This document shows positions 48,330 through 61,189 of a stretch of DNA of 64,000 nucleotides, piece after piece (position 1 is the stretch's first letter; every line of letters begins with the position of its first letter). Under the pieces are notes generated by a model that saw only the letters and a list, made by a program, of their open reading frames with translations, was not told the origin of the DNA and made no database searches. The stretch covers positions 386,441 through 450,440 of the forward strand of contig NIVC01000866.1 in assembly GCA_002269645.1 (NCBI GenBank), given 5' to 3'. The DNA comes from Macrostomum lignano (lineage: Eukaryota). Both the position numbers and the translations under genes were made by a program.

Positions 48330-51295
48330 TTAGTCTTTAAATGAGGCTTCTATGATTTTTTATGACGCTTCTATGATTTTTACATGATGCTTCTATGATT
48401 TTTTATATGACGCTTCTATGATTGTTTACATGACGCTTCTATGCTTTTTAGATGACGCTTCTATGCTTTTTAGATGACGCTTCTATGATTGTTTATATGA
48501 CGCTACTATGATTTTTACATGACGCTTCTATGATTTTTACATGACGCTTCTATGATTGTTTACATGACGCTTCTATGATTTTTTACATGACGCTTCTATG
48601 GTTTTTTATGACGCTTCTATGATTGTTTACATGACGCTTCTATGATTGTTTACATGACGCTTCTATGATTTTTACATGGCGCTTCTATGATTGTTTACAT
48701 GACGCTTCTATGGTCTTTACATGACGCTTCTATGATTTTTTATATGACGCTTCTATGATTTTTTTACATGACGCTTCTATGATGGTTTCATGGATGAATG
48801 AATAGAATGGATTGCTATTCTGGCTCTGGCTTTTTTCGTTTTTGACTCTTTTGCATCCGGTTCCCCCCGTGCCTTTTCATTGGTTGATGATTGCCATAGA
48901 CAATTTTCGGCCTTCGCCCCTTTCTTTTGATGCACAAGCGCAAAGAACTGAGAATTTCAGTTACTTGCAGAGAATATCGAGCACTCGTAGGTCTTCCCCC
49001 TTTATTTCAAAACACGAGCGAAAGCGCTTGTGCATCGAAAGAAAGGGGCGAAGGCCGAAAATTGTCTATGGCAATCATCAACCAATGAAAAGGCACGGGG
49101 GGGAACCGGATGCAAAAGAGTCAAAAACGAAAATAGCCAGAGCCAGAATAGCAATCCATTCTATTCATTCATTCATGGATGGTTTACATGACGCTTCTAT
49201 GATTTTTTACATGACGCTTCTATGATTGTTTACATGACGCTTCTATGATTTTTATATGACGCTTCTATGATTGTTTACATGACGCTTCTATGATTTTTTA
49301 CATGACGCTTCTATAATTGTTTACATGACGCTTCTATGATTTTTTTAAATGACGCTTCTATGAATTTTATATGACGCTTCTATGCTTTTTACATGACGCT
49401 TCTATAATTGTTTACATGATGCTTCTATGATTTTTTTAAATGACGCTTCTATGAATTTTATATGACGCTTCTATGCTTTTTACATGACGCTTCTATGATG
49501 GTTTACATGACGCTTCTATGATTTTTTACATGACGTTTCTATGATTGTTTACATGACGCTTCTATGATTTTTTTAAATGACGCTTCTATAATTGTTTACA
49601 TGACGCTTCTGTGATTTTTTCATGACACTCCTATGATTTTTTCATGACGCTTCTATGATTGTTTACATGACGCTTCTATGATTTTTTTAAATGACCCTTT
49701 TATGATTTTTAACATGACGCTTCTATGATTGTTTACATGACGCTTCTATGATAGTTTATGTGACGCTTCTATGATTTTTTACATGACGCTTCTATGATTG
49801 TTTACATGACGCTTCTATGATTTTTATATGACGCTTCTATGATTTTTTACATGACGCTTCTATGATTGTTTACATGACGCTTCTATGATTTTTATATGAC
49901 GCTTCTATGATTGTTTACATGACTCTTCAATGATTTTTTACATGACGCTTCTATGGTTTTTTTATGACGCTTCTATGATTTTTTTAAATGACGCTTCTAT
50001 GAGTTTTATATGACGCTTCTATGCTTTTTACATGACGCTTCTATGATTTTTTACATGACGCTTCTATGATTGTTTACATGATGCTTCTATGATTTTTTAC
50101 ATGACGCTTCTATGATTTTTTTAAATGACGCTTCTATGAGTTTTACATGACGCTTCTATGATTGTTTACATGACGCTTCTATGATTTTTTTAAATGACGC
50201 TTCTATGATTGTTTACATGACGCTTCTATGCTTTTTACATGACGCTTCTATGATGGTTTACATGACGCTTCTATGATGGTTTACATGACGCTTCTATGAT
50301 TGTTTACATGACGCTTCTGTGATTTTTCATGACACTCCTATGATTTTTTCATGACGCTTCTATGATTGTTTACATGACGCTTCTATGATTTTTTTAAATG
50401 ACCCTTTTATGATTTTTAACATGACGCTTCTATGATTGTTTACATGACGCTTCTATGATAGTTTACGTGGCGCTTCTATGATTTTTTACATGACGCTTCT
50501 ATGATTGTTTACATGACGCTTCTATGATTTTTTACATGACGCTTCTATGATTTTTTTAAATGACGCTTCTATGATTGTTTACATGACGCTTCTATGCTTT
50601 TTACATGACGCTTCTATGATGGTTTACATGACGCTTCTATGATGGTTTACATGACGCTTCTATGATTGTTTACATGACGCTTCTATGATTGTTTACATGA
50701 CACTTCTATGATTTTTTACATGACGCTTCTATGATTTTTTATGTGACGCTTCTATGATTTTTTACATGACGCTTATATGATTTTTTACATGACGCTTCTA
50801 TGATTGTTTACATGACGCTTCTATGATTGTCTACATGACGCTTCTATGCTTTTTCCATGACGCTTGGATGATTGTTTACATGACGCTTCTATGATTTTTT
50901 ACATGACGCTTCTATGATTGTCTACATGACGCTTCTATGCTTTTTCCATGACGCTTGGATGATTGTTTACATGACGCTTCTATGATTTTTTCATGACGAT
51001 TCTATGATTTTTTACATGACGCTTCTATGCTTTAAACATGAGGCTTCTATGATTTTAGATGACGCTTCTATGATTTTTAACATGACACTTCTATGATTGT
51101 TTACATGACGCTTCTATGATTGTTTACATGACACTTCTATGATGGTTTACATGACGCTTCTATGATAGCTTACATGTCGCTTCTATGATGGTTTACATGA
51201 CGCTTCTATGATTTTTTTAAATGACGCTTCAATGATTTTTTACATGACGCTTCTATAATTGTTTATATGACACTTCTATGATTTTTTACATGACG
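48330..51295. repeat. ~21-22-bp satellite (TTTACATGACGCTTCTATGATT), ~3 kb, interrupted by the foldback MITE
   Basis: Visible; more than 100 units. Confidence 0.96.
48795..49171. mobile_element. 377-bp foldback MITE with ~147-bp TIRs
   Basis: Arms 48795-48941 and 49024-49171 are reverse complements with ~3 differences; 82-bp spacer; flanking direct repeat TTCATGGA. Confidence 0.85.
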
Positions 51296-53666
51296 CCTTT
51301 TGTCCTTTATTTGACCTTGAATAAAAGCTTTTAATAAAAAACTTTTCACTACTAAGATTCGAACCCAGGTTGCTGCATTTGCAGTCCAGTCTGTTCACAT
51401 CTAGGCTAGCTCTTATCGAATTTTATAAATGAAATTGTAGCACTTATATAATTCAACACAAACTCACGAAGCAGTTATGACATAATCAATTTCCCAGGCA
51501 AGTCAGTATCAGTCTCTATTAAAGTTGACAATATGGTTACGCAATCTAAATCAAGTCTGGTGCTACGCTTCCACACTGCATTTTCAATACTGTGACGCAA
51601 TTCAAGTCGGAGTTACAATTCAGTTATGATGTAATCTATTTCAGAATCAGAATTCAACCAGTCAGTTTTTTCTCTAGCATTCTTACAATGCATTTCAAGT
51701 CGAAAAGTTTGCTTGACCTTTGCAAAAAAGCATGTTTTTCGAATATTTAATCGCTTTAACATGGAGCAATTTCTTAGCCAAGATGCATGTACTGTCCCAG
51801 GAAAATTTCTGATCGAACAGTGCAAGTTTGAAGAAAATCGGTCCAGCCATTTTTTCTCTAATCGATTGCGTACAAACAAACAACTCATTTTTAGTATATA
51901 GGATAACAACAAAATATGTGACCCCGCATGCACAGTTACAGTTAGGGCAGGGCACATCAGATGGCACGCTGCAGAGCCTGGGAGCAAACAAAGTCTGCTC
52001 CACTGGCAGTGTTGGGTGCCCCAGCATCGCACAGGAAGCAGTCTACATATTGATGGGTTTGGGCCTGCCCACCTGAATGGACCCTGCAAGATGAGCAGCA
52101 GGACATCCTAAACAGGTTGGGGGCAGTAGCCCTTGGCCCAGATCACGTGACCTGCCAGTTAAAGTTGCCACTAGCCTAGGATGATGGTTAAAAGACCTAG
52201 TCAGAGCATTAAACTATGCTGATAAGTCATTTTTATTAGGTCATTTTTAATGAATAAAGCTACATTTAGGATAGGCCTATAGCCTATAAGACACAATATT
52301 TGATTAACTTATTATTTTGCTACTAGCACTTATCTTCTATTAGGGATTGTATAACAAAAGTTCTAACAACTCTTAAATGGATAGTGCTATTGCTACATGA
52401 TTATATAAATTATAATGATAAAAGAAACCAGTTATTTTGGCAATAGGTTGACTCAGCATTAGCCAATTTGGCAACATTAGGGGGGGGGGGGAATTTGTCA
52501 TTTGTTATCCATTGCATTAAGTTTGCATATCCACTCAGATTTAAAAATAAGCCAAACTGGTAACCCTATTATTACATATATGCTTTTCTAGTATAAGTCA
52601 TACCTGCTTTAAGTAAAACATGTTAAGATAGTAAGAATAATTGTTGAACAGACTAAACATTAAAATCTTGCTTTAATTCTATTTTATACTGACTCTTTTA
52701 TAATTTGCACTTTTTGCTATGAAAAGTATAATGCCTGATATACTATATGCATTGTACATTGGATTGTATATATGTACATGCATAATGAACTGCGTTCCAC
52801 TCAAAAGCTCATTCACAACCACTATAACATAAAGCTATCAAATCCCATGACTGCTATACAAAGTATAATGAATAATTAAGGGAACACAAAGTTAAGTTAG
52901 CTTTTTAAAATATACAAAGTTAAGATCAAAAGTAAAAATTAGCTATACATATTTTGAATGTGCAGTCTTGCCTATCTAGCATGTGAAGAAATAAGTCAGC
53001 AGTTTTTTTAGCTACAAACTATAGTTCAGCTAGAGCCTCTGCAACTTTTGTATAACTTTGTGTAGGCTACATGGTTGCAAAGCACAATCTGGAACATCCG
53101 GGAACTTAGGGTTTCAAGAAGGACATGCGCTCAAACAATGACACTAAAGGGAAGCATAGGAAGCTAAATGCCAAAGCAAAGCCATTCAACTTTAATTCTA
53201 CCTATTGGTATGGCTGTTGCACAAAGAGGCCTAGAGATAGTTGCCATTGAATTGCAGCTTATTGCTTAAGGGGCTTAGCAAAGGTATCAAAGACCAAATT
53301 ATTATTGAATAGAACGGCAATATCAATACTTCTAAGGCAAATACACATCAAGAGTGCAGACTGCCAAATGCTTGCTAGATGCCTGCAGCTTGCTAAATGG
53401 CTTTAAGTGATTTTTATAAGTTTTATATTGCTATGCCTAGGCCTATATGACCTACTCTAGGCCTACTTAGTTTTCACTTTTTAACTTTTTACTTACTTTC
53501 ATGCTTCTATAGTCAATTAATTGTTTGATTATCAACTTAAAAAATAAAGTTATAAATTAAACTTAAACTTAAATTTATGGTTTATTAGAGATCCAATATA
53601 GTTGAATCTAAGACTCAAATGGAGCATAGATGTATATGTACGTCTTTAAAAATGTGTTATTTGGTG

Positions 53667-54975
53667 GGTCCATGAGAATTGCCCGCAGACAAATTGCCCA
53701 CCGAGATTTGCCTGCAGGAGATTTGCCCGTGGAGATTTGCCCGCCGAGCTTTTCCCGCGGAGATTTGCCCGCCGAGCTTTTCCCGCGGAGATTTGCCCAC
53801 AGTGCATTTTGCCCGTGAGCGAATTGCCCGTGGAGATTTGCCCGCCGAGAATTGCCCGCCGAGATTTGCCTGCAGTGCAATTTGCCCGCGAGCAAGTTGC
53901 CCGCCGAGTTTTTTCCCGCCGAGGTTTGCCCGCAATGCTTTTTTCCTGCAGCGCATTTGGCAGCTAGATTCTGTCTGCATTGCCCCCCCCCCAAAAAAAT
54001 ATGCATTTGATATGCAGTTACTATCAAAACGTTTTGATCGTGTAAATCTCTTTATTGAGATTAACACGTATTGGTTTTTGCGAGCTATCTCAGCCAAGGA
54101 GCAAGCAAACTCATCCATCCCATAGATTTCAATACGACGAAGGAGGTGGTTTGAACCATAGACTATCACGTTTTTTCAACCAAACTCATCCAACGGGCGA
54201 GCAATCTCAGTCATAGCTTGTCTGCCCATTCATTTCCTCTTCCCTTCTTTCTTTCCTCCTCCGATGGCTCAGTTGCGACAAACATCCAACTCCGACAGAG
54301 AGAAGCTAATCAACACATGGAATGATGGACAAAATTTGAGCACTGCTTCACGCATTTTCGGGATAAAGCTGAAGACGTCCAGACATATAATCCGGACTTA
54401 CGTAGCTACTGAAAGAATTGCTGCTCTCCAACGTGGCGGAATAAGGCAGGAATCAAGCAAGATTGATGTGCTGCTCTATCATAAAGTCTCTTATATACGA
54501 ACCAATAAAATTTTTCGCTTAATAAACAAGCTATGGCTGAGATTGCTCGCCCGTTGGATGAGTTTGGTTGAAAAAACATGATAGTCTATGGTTCAAACCA
54601 CCTCCTTCGTCGTATTGAAATCTATGGGATGGATGAGTTTGCTTGCTCCTTGGCTGAGATAGCTCGCAAAAACCAATACTAAGCATTGGGAAGGCAATGC
54701 AGACAAAATCTGCTGCGTCACTTAATGCGCTGCAGGAAAAAAGCATTGCCGGCAAACCTTGGCGGGAAAAAACTCGGTGGGCAACTTGCTCGCGGGCAAA
54801 TTGCACTGCGGGCAAATCTCGACGGGCAAATCTCCACGGGCAATTTGCTCACGGGCAAAATGCACTGCGGGCAAATCTCCGCGGGAAAAGCTCGGCGGGC
54901 AAATCTCCACGGGCAAATCTCCTGCGGGCAAATCTCGGCGGGCAATTTGTCTGCGGGCATTTCTCGTGCTCCCGT
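53667..54975. mobile_element. Foldback-type element with long internally repetitive TIRs and a central Tc1/IS630-like HTH remnant
   Basis: Left arm ~53667-54221 and right arm ~54526-54975 are inverted copies containing GAGATTTGCCCG-type subrepeats; central ORF 54264-54581. Confidence 0.75.
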
Positions 54976-56335
54976 TATTTGGCATGGTTAAAACAAAACC
55001 TTTATTTGAATGGCAAGAACTAATGGCAATATAGGCCGTTAAATTTCAATGAGTATCATAGCTTTCTTTAACCCTTGGCCTTAGCATTTGTCGCAGGCCT
55101 TTCAACTCTCTTTAGAAATCTCAACCGCTAACACCAAAGTTGTCAAAGGCCTGTTTTTTCTGTCTCTTCAAATGATTTCACAGCTGTCACTAAGTTGTCA
55201 AAGGGCTAAACTCCTGTTTTATAAATGTTGGTAGCTGCCACCAGGATTATCCTATTAATAAATTATGAGTTTATCAATTTTGGAATAATCCAAGAAACGT
55301 TTCTTAGAATGGGTCTGAGTATATATCTTAGTATTTAGTAATTTAGTCTGATTATTTAGTCTTAGTATTATTCTTAGAAAACCATTAGCCCTTAAAGATT
55401 TTTATTTTTTCTATTATTCTAGTAGCGTTTATTCTGATTCCGGTAGCATTTACTATACTTTTGGCCTGAGTGGTCTACTGACTATACTGGTAAATGTATT
55501 CCATGTACTTTGCAAGTCCTTGGGCATTACCAAGATCAGAGGGTCACAGCCTCGAGTTATTCTTACACAAATCACTTAAGAACTACTTCGTATTTTTTCA
55601 CTACTCAATATTGCTGCTTCTCAATAGTATGTACTGTATACACTTTAGTCTACTTTAATCTTACTTCTTAAAAGGAATTAACACAAGAAACACTTCTTTA
55701 ATTCTTATTTTCTTGGAACTCTTATTCTTTGATATGACTGTTTCATTAGTGAACCACGATGCGCGAGGTTGGTTCTCCCTCTACCAAATTTGCTTCTATT
55801 TATACTGCTTTTAATTGTAGATTAAAACAAAAATGTATTTGTGCAAAATAATATAAAAAATACGAGCATTAAAACAAAAGAAATTGCATCTTAGTTTTGG
55901 CGTAAATTTGAGTTCAACTACTCGGTAACTATTTTTATAGAAAATCAGGAGGGGCCCTTTACACATTTGCTGAATTGGCTATTGTTGAACTGACTTATCA
56001 CCAAATTGGTTGTCACTAAATTAGGCCCTAGTTCCTAGCTTGTTGCCAAATTAACTGGAAGCCTAAGGCCTATTAATTTTAAAGTTAGATAGAAGACCAT
56101 AACTAAGGGGCAAGGGCCTATACTATAAGTATAGGTAGCCTAGGTGCTGCTTACTAGAATTGAATCAACATATAGCCAATATAGCCAAGGCCTAGACATA
56201 GGTAGGGCCTAATTTTAAACATGCATAAAACATACAAAAATATAAGCCTAAGATCTAATGACTTTTTAAGAAGTTTGGACTAGCTAGCCAATCCACCAAG
56301 ATAGGTCCAATAACTGTCAATGGCCAATGGCTAGC

Positions 56336-56712
56336 TAGAGTTCTAGCACTGGAACTGGAACCCATTTTCTAATAGCTATGGATCTAGCAGTAGTATTCTA
56401 GGAGGGCCTAGTGCAATTTATGGGTATAGTAGGCTCTAGGCCTGCCTAGGGGCCTATATAAAAAACATTTTACTTTTTATTATAGGTGGTTGATATTGAG
56501 ATTTCGTTCAAGATAAGATTAAAACAAAATGATAAGATTTAAAACAACTTAAACAAGTTACTTCTATTCAAAGATTTCATTTGATTTGTAGTATAGGCTT
56601 AACTTCCTGCAGAAGACTACTAGATGATCCTAGATCAATACTCGACCATAGGCAGGCCCATGGCCAATGGCTAAAGCCATTAGAGAAAATGAGTTCCAGT
56701 GCCAGAACTCTA
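56336..56712. mobile_element. Degenerate MITE with TAGAG termini (hAT-like)
   Basis: TAGAGTTCTAGCACTGGAAC... at 56336 versus the inverted ...GTTCCAGTGCCAGAACTCTA ending 56712; no clear TSD. Confidence 0.5.
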
Positions 56713-57960
56713 GGCCCTAGCTATTACCCAAATAACCAATACTAGACCTGGCTGGGACTGGGACCACAGCACAGCCCACAGCACAGGTAGGCCCACCCAA
56801 GACTAATAGTAATAGGCCTAACGCCCTAACCGCCTAAGTAAATACTTTGTCAAAGTTTTACTTAAATTTAAAAAATAAAAAGCATGTTTTAGTAGAGACT
56901 CTTAGCTTGTTAACTTATCGTTTTTTTAAAGTTTAGATACAATTCTTCTGGTTTACAGCAAATGAAATGAAATAATTTATTAAAAAGTAATTAAAATTTC
57001 TCGATCCAACGTTGACCAAATGTTTTTTTACTAATGCAAATAAAATAAAATAGGTAATAAAGGTAATATAACAAGGTAATAAAATAGCAGCTTAATTTTT
57101 TTTAACAGTTTTAATTAATAAGTACTATTCTACTTTGTGTACTTCTAGATATTGCCTCTTAATGCTATATTCTTTTTGTTAAAACTAGATGAATCTAAAT
57201 TTTAAACTGGTTTTCCTGCATTTTTTCACGCTTTGAAATATTGCGCGCTTGCAAAATACTATATCTTTTTACAAAAAACGCTCTTTCAAATACCTTAATA
57301 ATTTTACAAATATCGTAACTCGCATCGTAACTGGTGTAAAAATTTAACCTTTTGAACAAATTTAACCTTTTGAACTTAATCGTAATTAAACAACTAATGC
57401 TAAAATAACTTAAATACACAGAAATATACTGGCCAAACAGGCTTCTTGCCTGAGCCAACATACTACTACTACTACTACTACTGCATTCTAGTTTCTAATA
57501 AACCGCGCGCGCATCTATTTGATCAGTATATTTTTTCTACAATTAGGTAACAAATTAATAATCACCTTGACCAAAGTGACTCCGGCTAATTGATTATAAA
57601 TATACATTAATTAGTGAAGCACCATGGCTACAAGATTCAGGGCCTATGGACGTAGGCCTAGCTTACAAAAATTTTAATTTAAGTAATTTCTAGATTCTAG
57701 CAAGTTTTTTTCTTTGGCACGATGCTTTGCATATATGCCGACATTTTAGAATTCACACCAGAAAATTCTGGCATGTGTTAAATTTTTCAAGGTATGGGGT
57801 AGTTGTCACTTGAATAAATTCATATGCTAAAATGATTTAAACTTAAAAATAATTGGGCAAAACAAACTAGCATTACTTGCGGCCACGCCCCTGACTTTGG
57901 GCATATTTCAAGTGGTTCCTAGTTATTTTTTGCAATTTTGTAATTTAGGATGTTTATAGG

Positions 57961-58368
57961 TAGAGGTCAGACAGGATCCAGGTCCCCAAACCCTGGGATC
58001 CCAAGGAAAATTGTATTTCCGCGAGACCAGGATCCCAACTCTAAAAAACATAGGCCTAAGATTTAGGAACAAGTCTTTTGATCAAAAGTTTACAGAACTA
58101 GTGATTATTTAAATGTATTTTGTTTTAACTTGTATTCATTACATTATTACTTTGTTCGTTACAAAATTTTGCATCAATTTTGTTGCGTTTTACTTTTGAT
58201 CTTGACATTTTTTGCTCAATATTGTTCAACTTTATATAAACCTACAAACTACAATACATTAAAAGACCTGATCCTAATTCTCGAATCCCAATCCTAATCC
58301 CAATCCTGAGAAAAAAATAATTCTTGATCCCAATCTTGTCCAAAGATTTCAATCCCATCTAGCCTCTA
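57961..58368. mobile_element. Degenerate hAT-like MITE, 408 bp
   Basis: Termini TAGAGG...CCTCTA with GGATC/GATCC subterminal motifs; flanks TTTATAGG / GTTATAGG (7/8 match, 8-bp TSD). Confidence 0.6.
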
Positions 58369-60814
58369 GTTATAGGCCTAACCTAACCTTTTAGTCATTT
58401 TTAGCTTCATTAGTTCCTAATCAGCATAGCCTACATTAACTAAAGGGAGTCTGTTATCTAGTGTCTATGGCACTAGTACTAGGGCCAAGAATACAATCTA
58501 CTTTGGTAATAGCCACCACTATTATAAATATTGTAAAATAAGTTTCTTAATTTGATGGTTCAACAATTCAATCTATGTAATCAAAGTAGTTAAGATATAT
58601 TCTAAATAATGACTAGATCTATTATTGAATTAAAACTGGATTGACTGGAACTCTGGAACAGCTATGCAACCCTACAACTACAACTGCTATGACGCCTAGA
58701 AGACCTAACACCAAAACACAGTGCATTTGCATTTGAAATACAATAGGAATTAGCATACAGTAAAACAATAGTAGTAAAGTAAGCAACCAATAATGTGTTG
58801 AGGCAAGACTCCTCTTGTGCAAACTAATCCTTATTCCCACCCTTATTTCCCCTTTATTTACCTTGAATTTCCTTGATAAAACTTTTTCTAAGTTAGTGGC
58901 ATCGCAATGGGATGATTTCCCAAGAGCCCAACTGCTTTTTACTAGTAGTGAAGTCCCAAAAGTAGTGATTTAACCCACTCTAATTACTTCCCCTAGCTAA
59001 AACTACTGATAGTAGTGTAAAAGCATATCTAAATTCACCCACTAAGTTAATGCCTTATTACAATCACTATATCAATATCTCAAAGTTAATATTCTTAACA
59101 TTGATCATATCATTTTAATTGTTTTAATTATATCAATGAGTATATGTACCCATGTATATCTAATATAAAACAGAAGTTAAAGGACAAAATTTATAATACT
59201 AATAAAGCAGTCAATGGAAAAGACCACAGTGAAAAAAGTTAGGGCCCAGCTTTACAATTAGCTTTCTTTAAGTAAAGAGTACTTGAGTATATTTACCAAT
59301 TAATATAAATGCTGCTGGCAATGGCATTGGAATAGATAATGAGTTGGGCTTAATCTCTAATACTGAAACATCTTGCAGCTGCAATAGTAGTCTACATGGT
59401 AGTGGAACTCCTTGCTTTGGCCAATGCTGATGGTGATTTTCAGAAACTTTAGGTTCAACTCTGCTTCTGCTTTCATGATCTTCAACCAATAAATTAGATC
59501 TAGACTCCCTAGTTGGTCTAGAACTAGTTAAATTTAACTGACCTAGCCTCATAGATATTCAAGTAAGAGTCCAAGCTAGAGTCAAATTGTATTATGCAAT
59601 AATGAAAACTATATTTACTTGTTCTTTCACTATTATTTAAGTTATTTATAATATGGGCCTATGGCTAGTTTTAGTTACAGAAACACAAAACTGACAAAAG
59701 TGACACACTAAGATAAGCAATTAAATTTAATCAAATAGTACATAAAGTCAATGAAATGTTATAATGTTATCTTGCAATGTAAACTTTTTTATCAATATCA
59801 GTTTTCTATCACAGAGCATTTTAATCATTTTTGGCATATTGGCATATAGAAAAATCTGGCATACAGGACACCTTTCTGATCCTAAGTATGGAGCTCAATA
59901 TGCTTGGCTAATCTTGTCTTCCATATTAGACAACATTAGGCTAGAATCTTGTGCCAAGTTTTTAATGGATAGGCAACAGGGCTTCTACATTGTTTGCAGT
60001 TTGTCTATCTGAGCAGTCTGGTTTTTGGTATCCACAAGGATTTGTAGCCTTGTCTAGACTGACTTTCATTCTGTGAGGGTAGTCATATTGTCTGAGGCCC
60101 TACCTAGTTGCCAAAGGGTGGGCATTGTTCCAGGCAGTGGCTAAGACTATCCTGTTATACTATACTAAGACCTGGATAGGCCCTACTGATAGATTTGCTT
60201 GAGTAGCAAGTTGACATAATGTATACTGGCCTGCTGTGTGCCACCTTCAAGATCAGCTATTAGCAAGTAACCAATGTGGCTTTGTATCATTATGCTAGCC
60301 TAGTCCATCCAAGTGACCTATTGTACCATTGTCAACTCTAGCTGGCAGGCCACATCATCTGCTGCAGGCACCCTACTAATAGGGGTAGGCCTATACTCAG
60401 CATTTTGTTGATTGCTTTCTAGCTGATGCTGGCACCCCAGATTTTAAGCAAATATAAAAGTGATCAATATGGCAAGTATTATATTGCCATGTATAAATTT
60501 TAGATAGTCCCTATAACAATTGAGCAACATAGCCATGCAGTGCATATTTGTGTATATTAAGAATTCATTTTTTGTTATAATTCACATACAATGTTAAAAA
60601 CATACTGCTATAGAATATTATTTCTTATTGTATTGAAAAGCAAAATTTTAGTAATAACTGATAAGTTGCATAGTGACCTAATATTTGGCGCAATAATTTG
60701 CGTTAACTTCCATTTTTCAGCTCAATTAATTACACTTGAAGTGTCATTGTTGTCTGCTTTAAAACAAAACCCAACGCTACCAGACTTCTGTCAACACTAT
60801 ACTATAAATTAATA

Positions 60815-61189
60815 ATGTCAGACGAAGACCGCACCAGCAACAACAGCAGCTGCAGCGGTGGCAGCAACCCAGCTGCCCCAATGAAAAGTTCTCTACCAGC
60901 TGTTAAGCCTCGAACTCGCTCTATGCTTGTAGTGTCCAAATCTGAGGCCTCTGAACAGCCTGCAGCCGACCTGAGCTCACCATCTGGAACCTCCGCCGCC
61001 TCTCCCGGTCTCCCTAGCGGCGAGGACAGCATCTCCAGCGGATTATCAGTGCTTAGAGAGCTGGCCGAAGCTCGCAAACTGTACATGAGCACGGCTAGTG
61101 AGAATGCTCAGATGAAGCAGTACGTGGAGGATTTGAATAGCGAGTGCTTGGAACTGCACGACTCCCTGTTTCAGGAGGCTAATAGACAG
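60815..61189 (+). CDS. RAB3IP: RAB3IP exon 1
   Basis: ATG at 60815; donor CAG|GTGAGA at 61190. Confidence 0.88.

Noticed and set aside
51350-51420. Reverse B-box GATTCGAACCC as a tRNA gene
   Set aside because: No cloverleaf could be folded; at most a SINE or tRNA relic.
44537-60812. Short AT-rich ORFs between PPP2R5 and RAB3IP
   Set aside because: No recognisable domains, codon usage unlike the GC-rich exons, and located in decayed repeat DNA.
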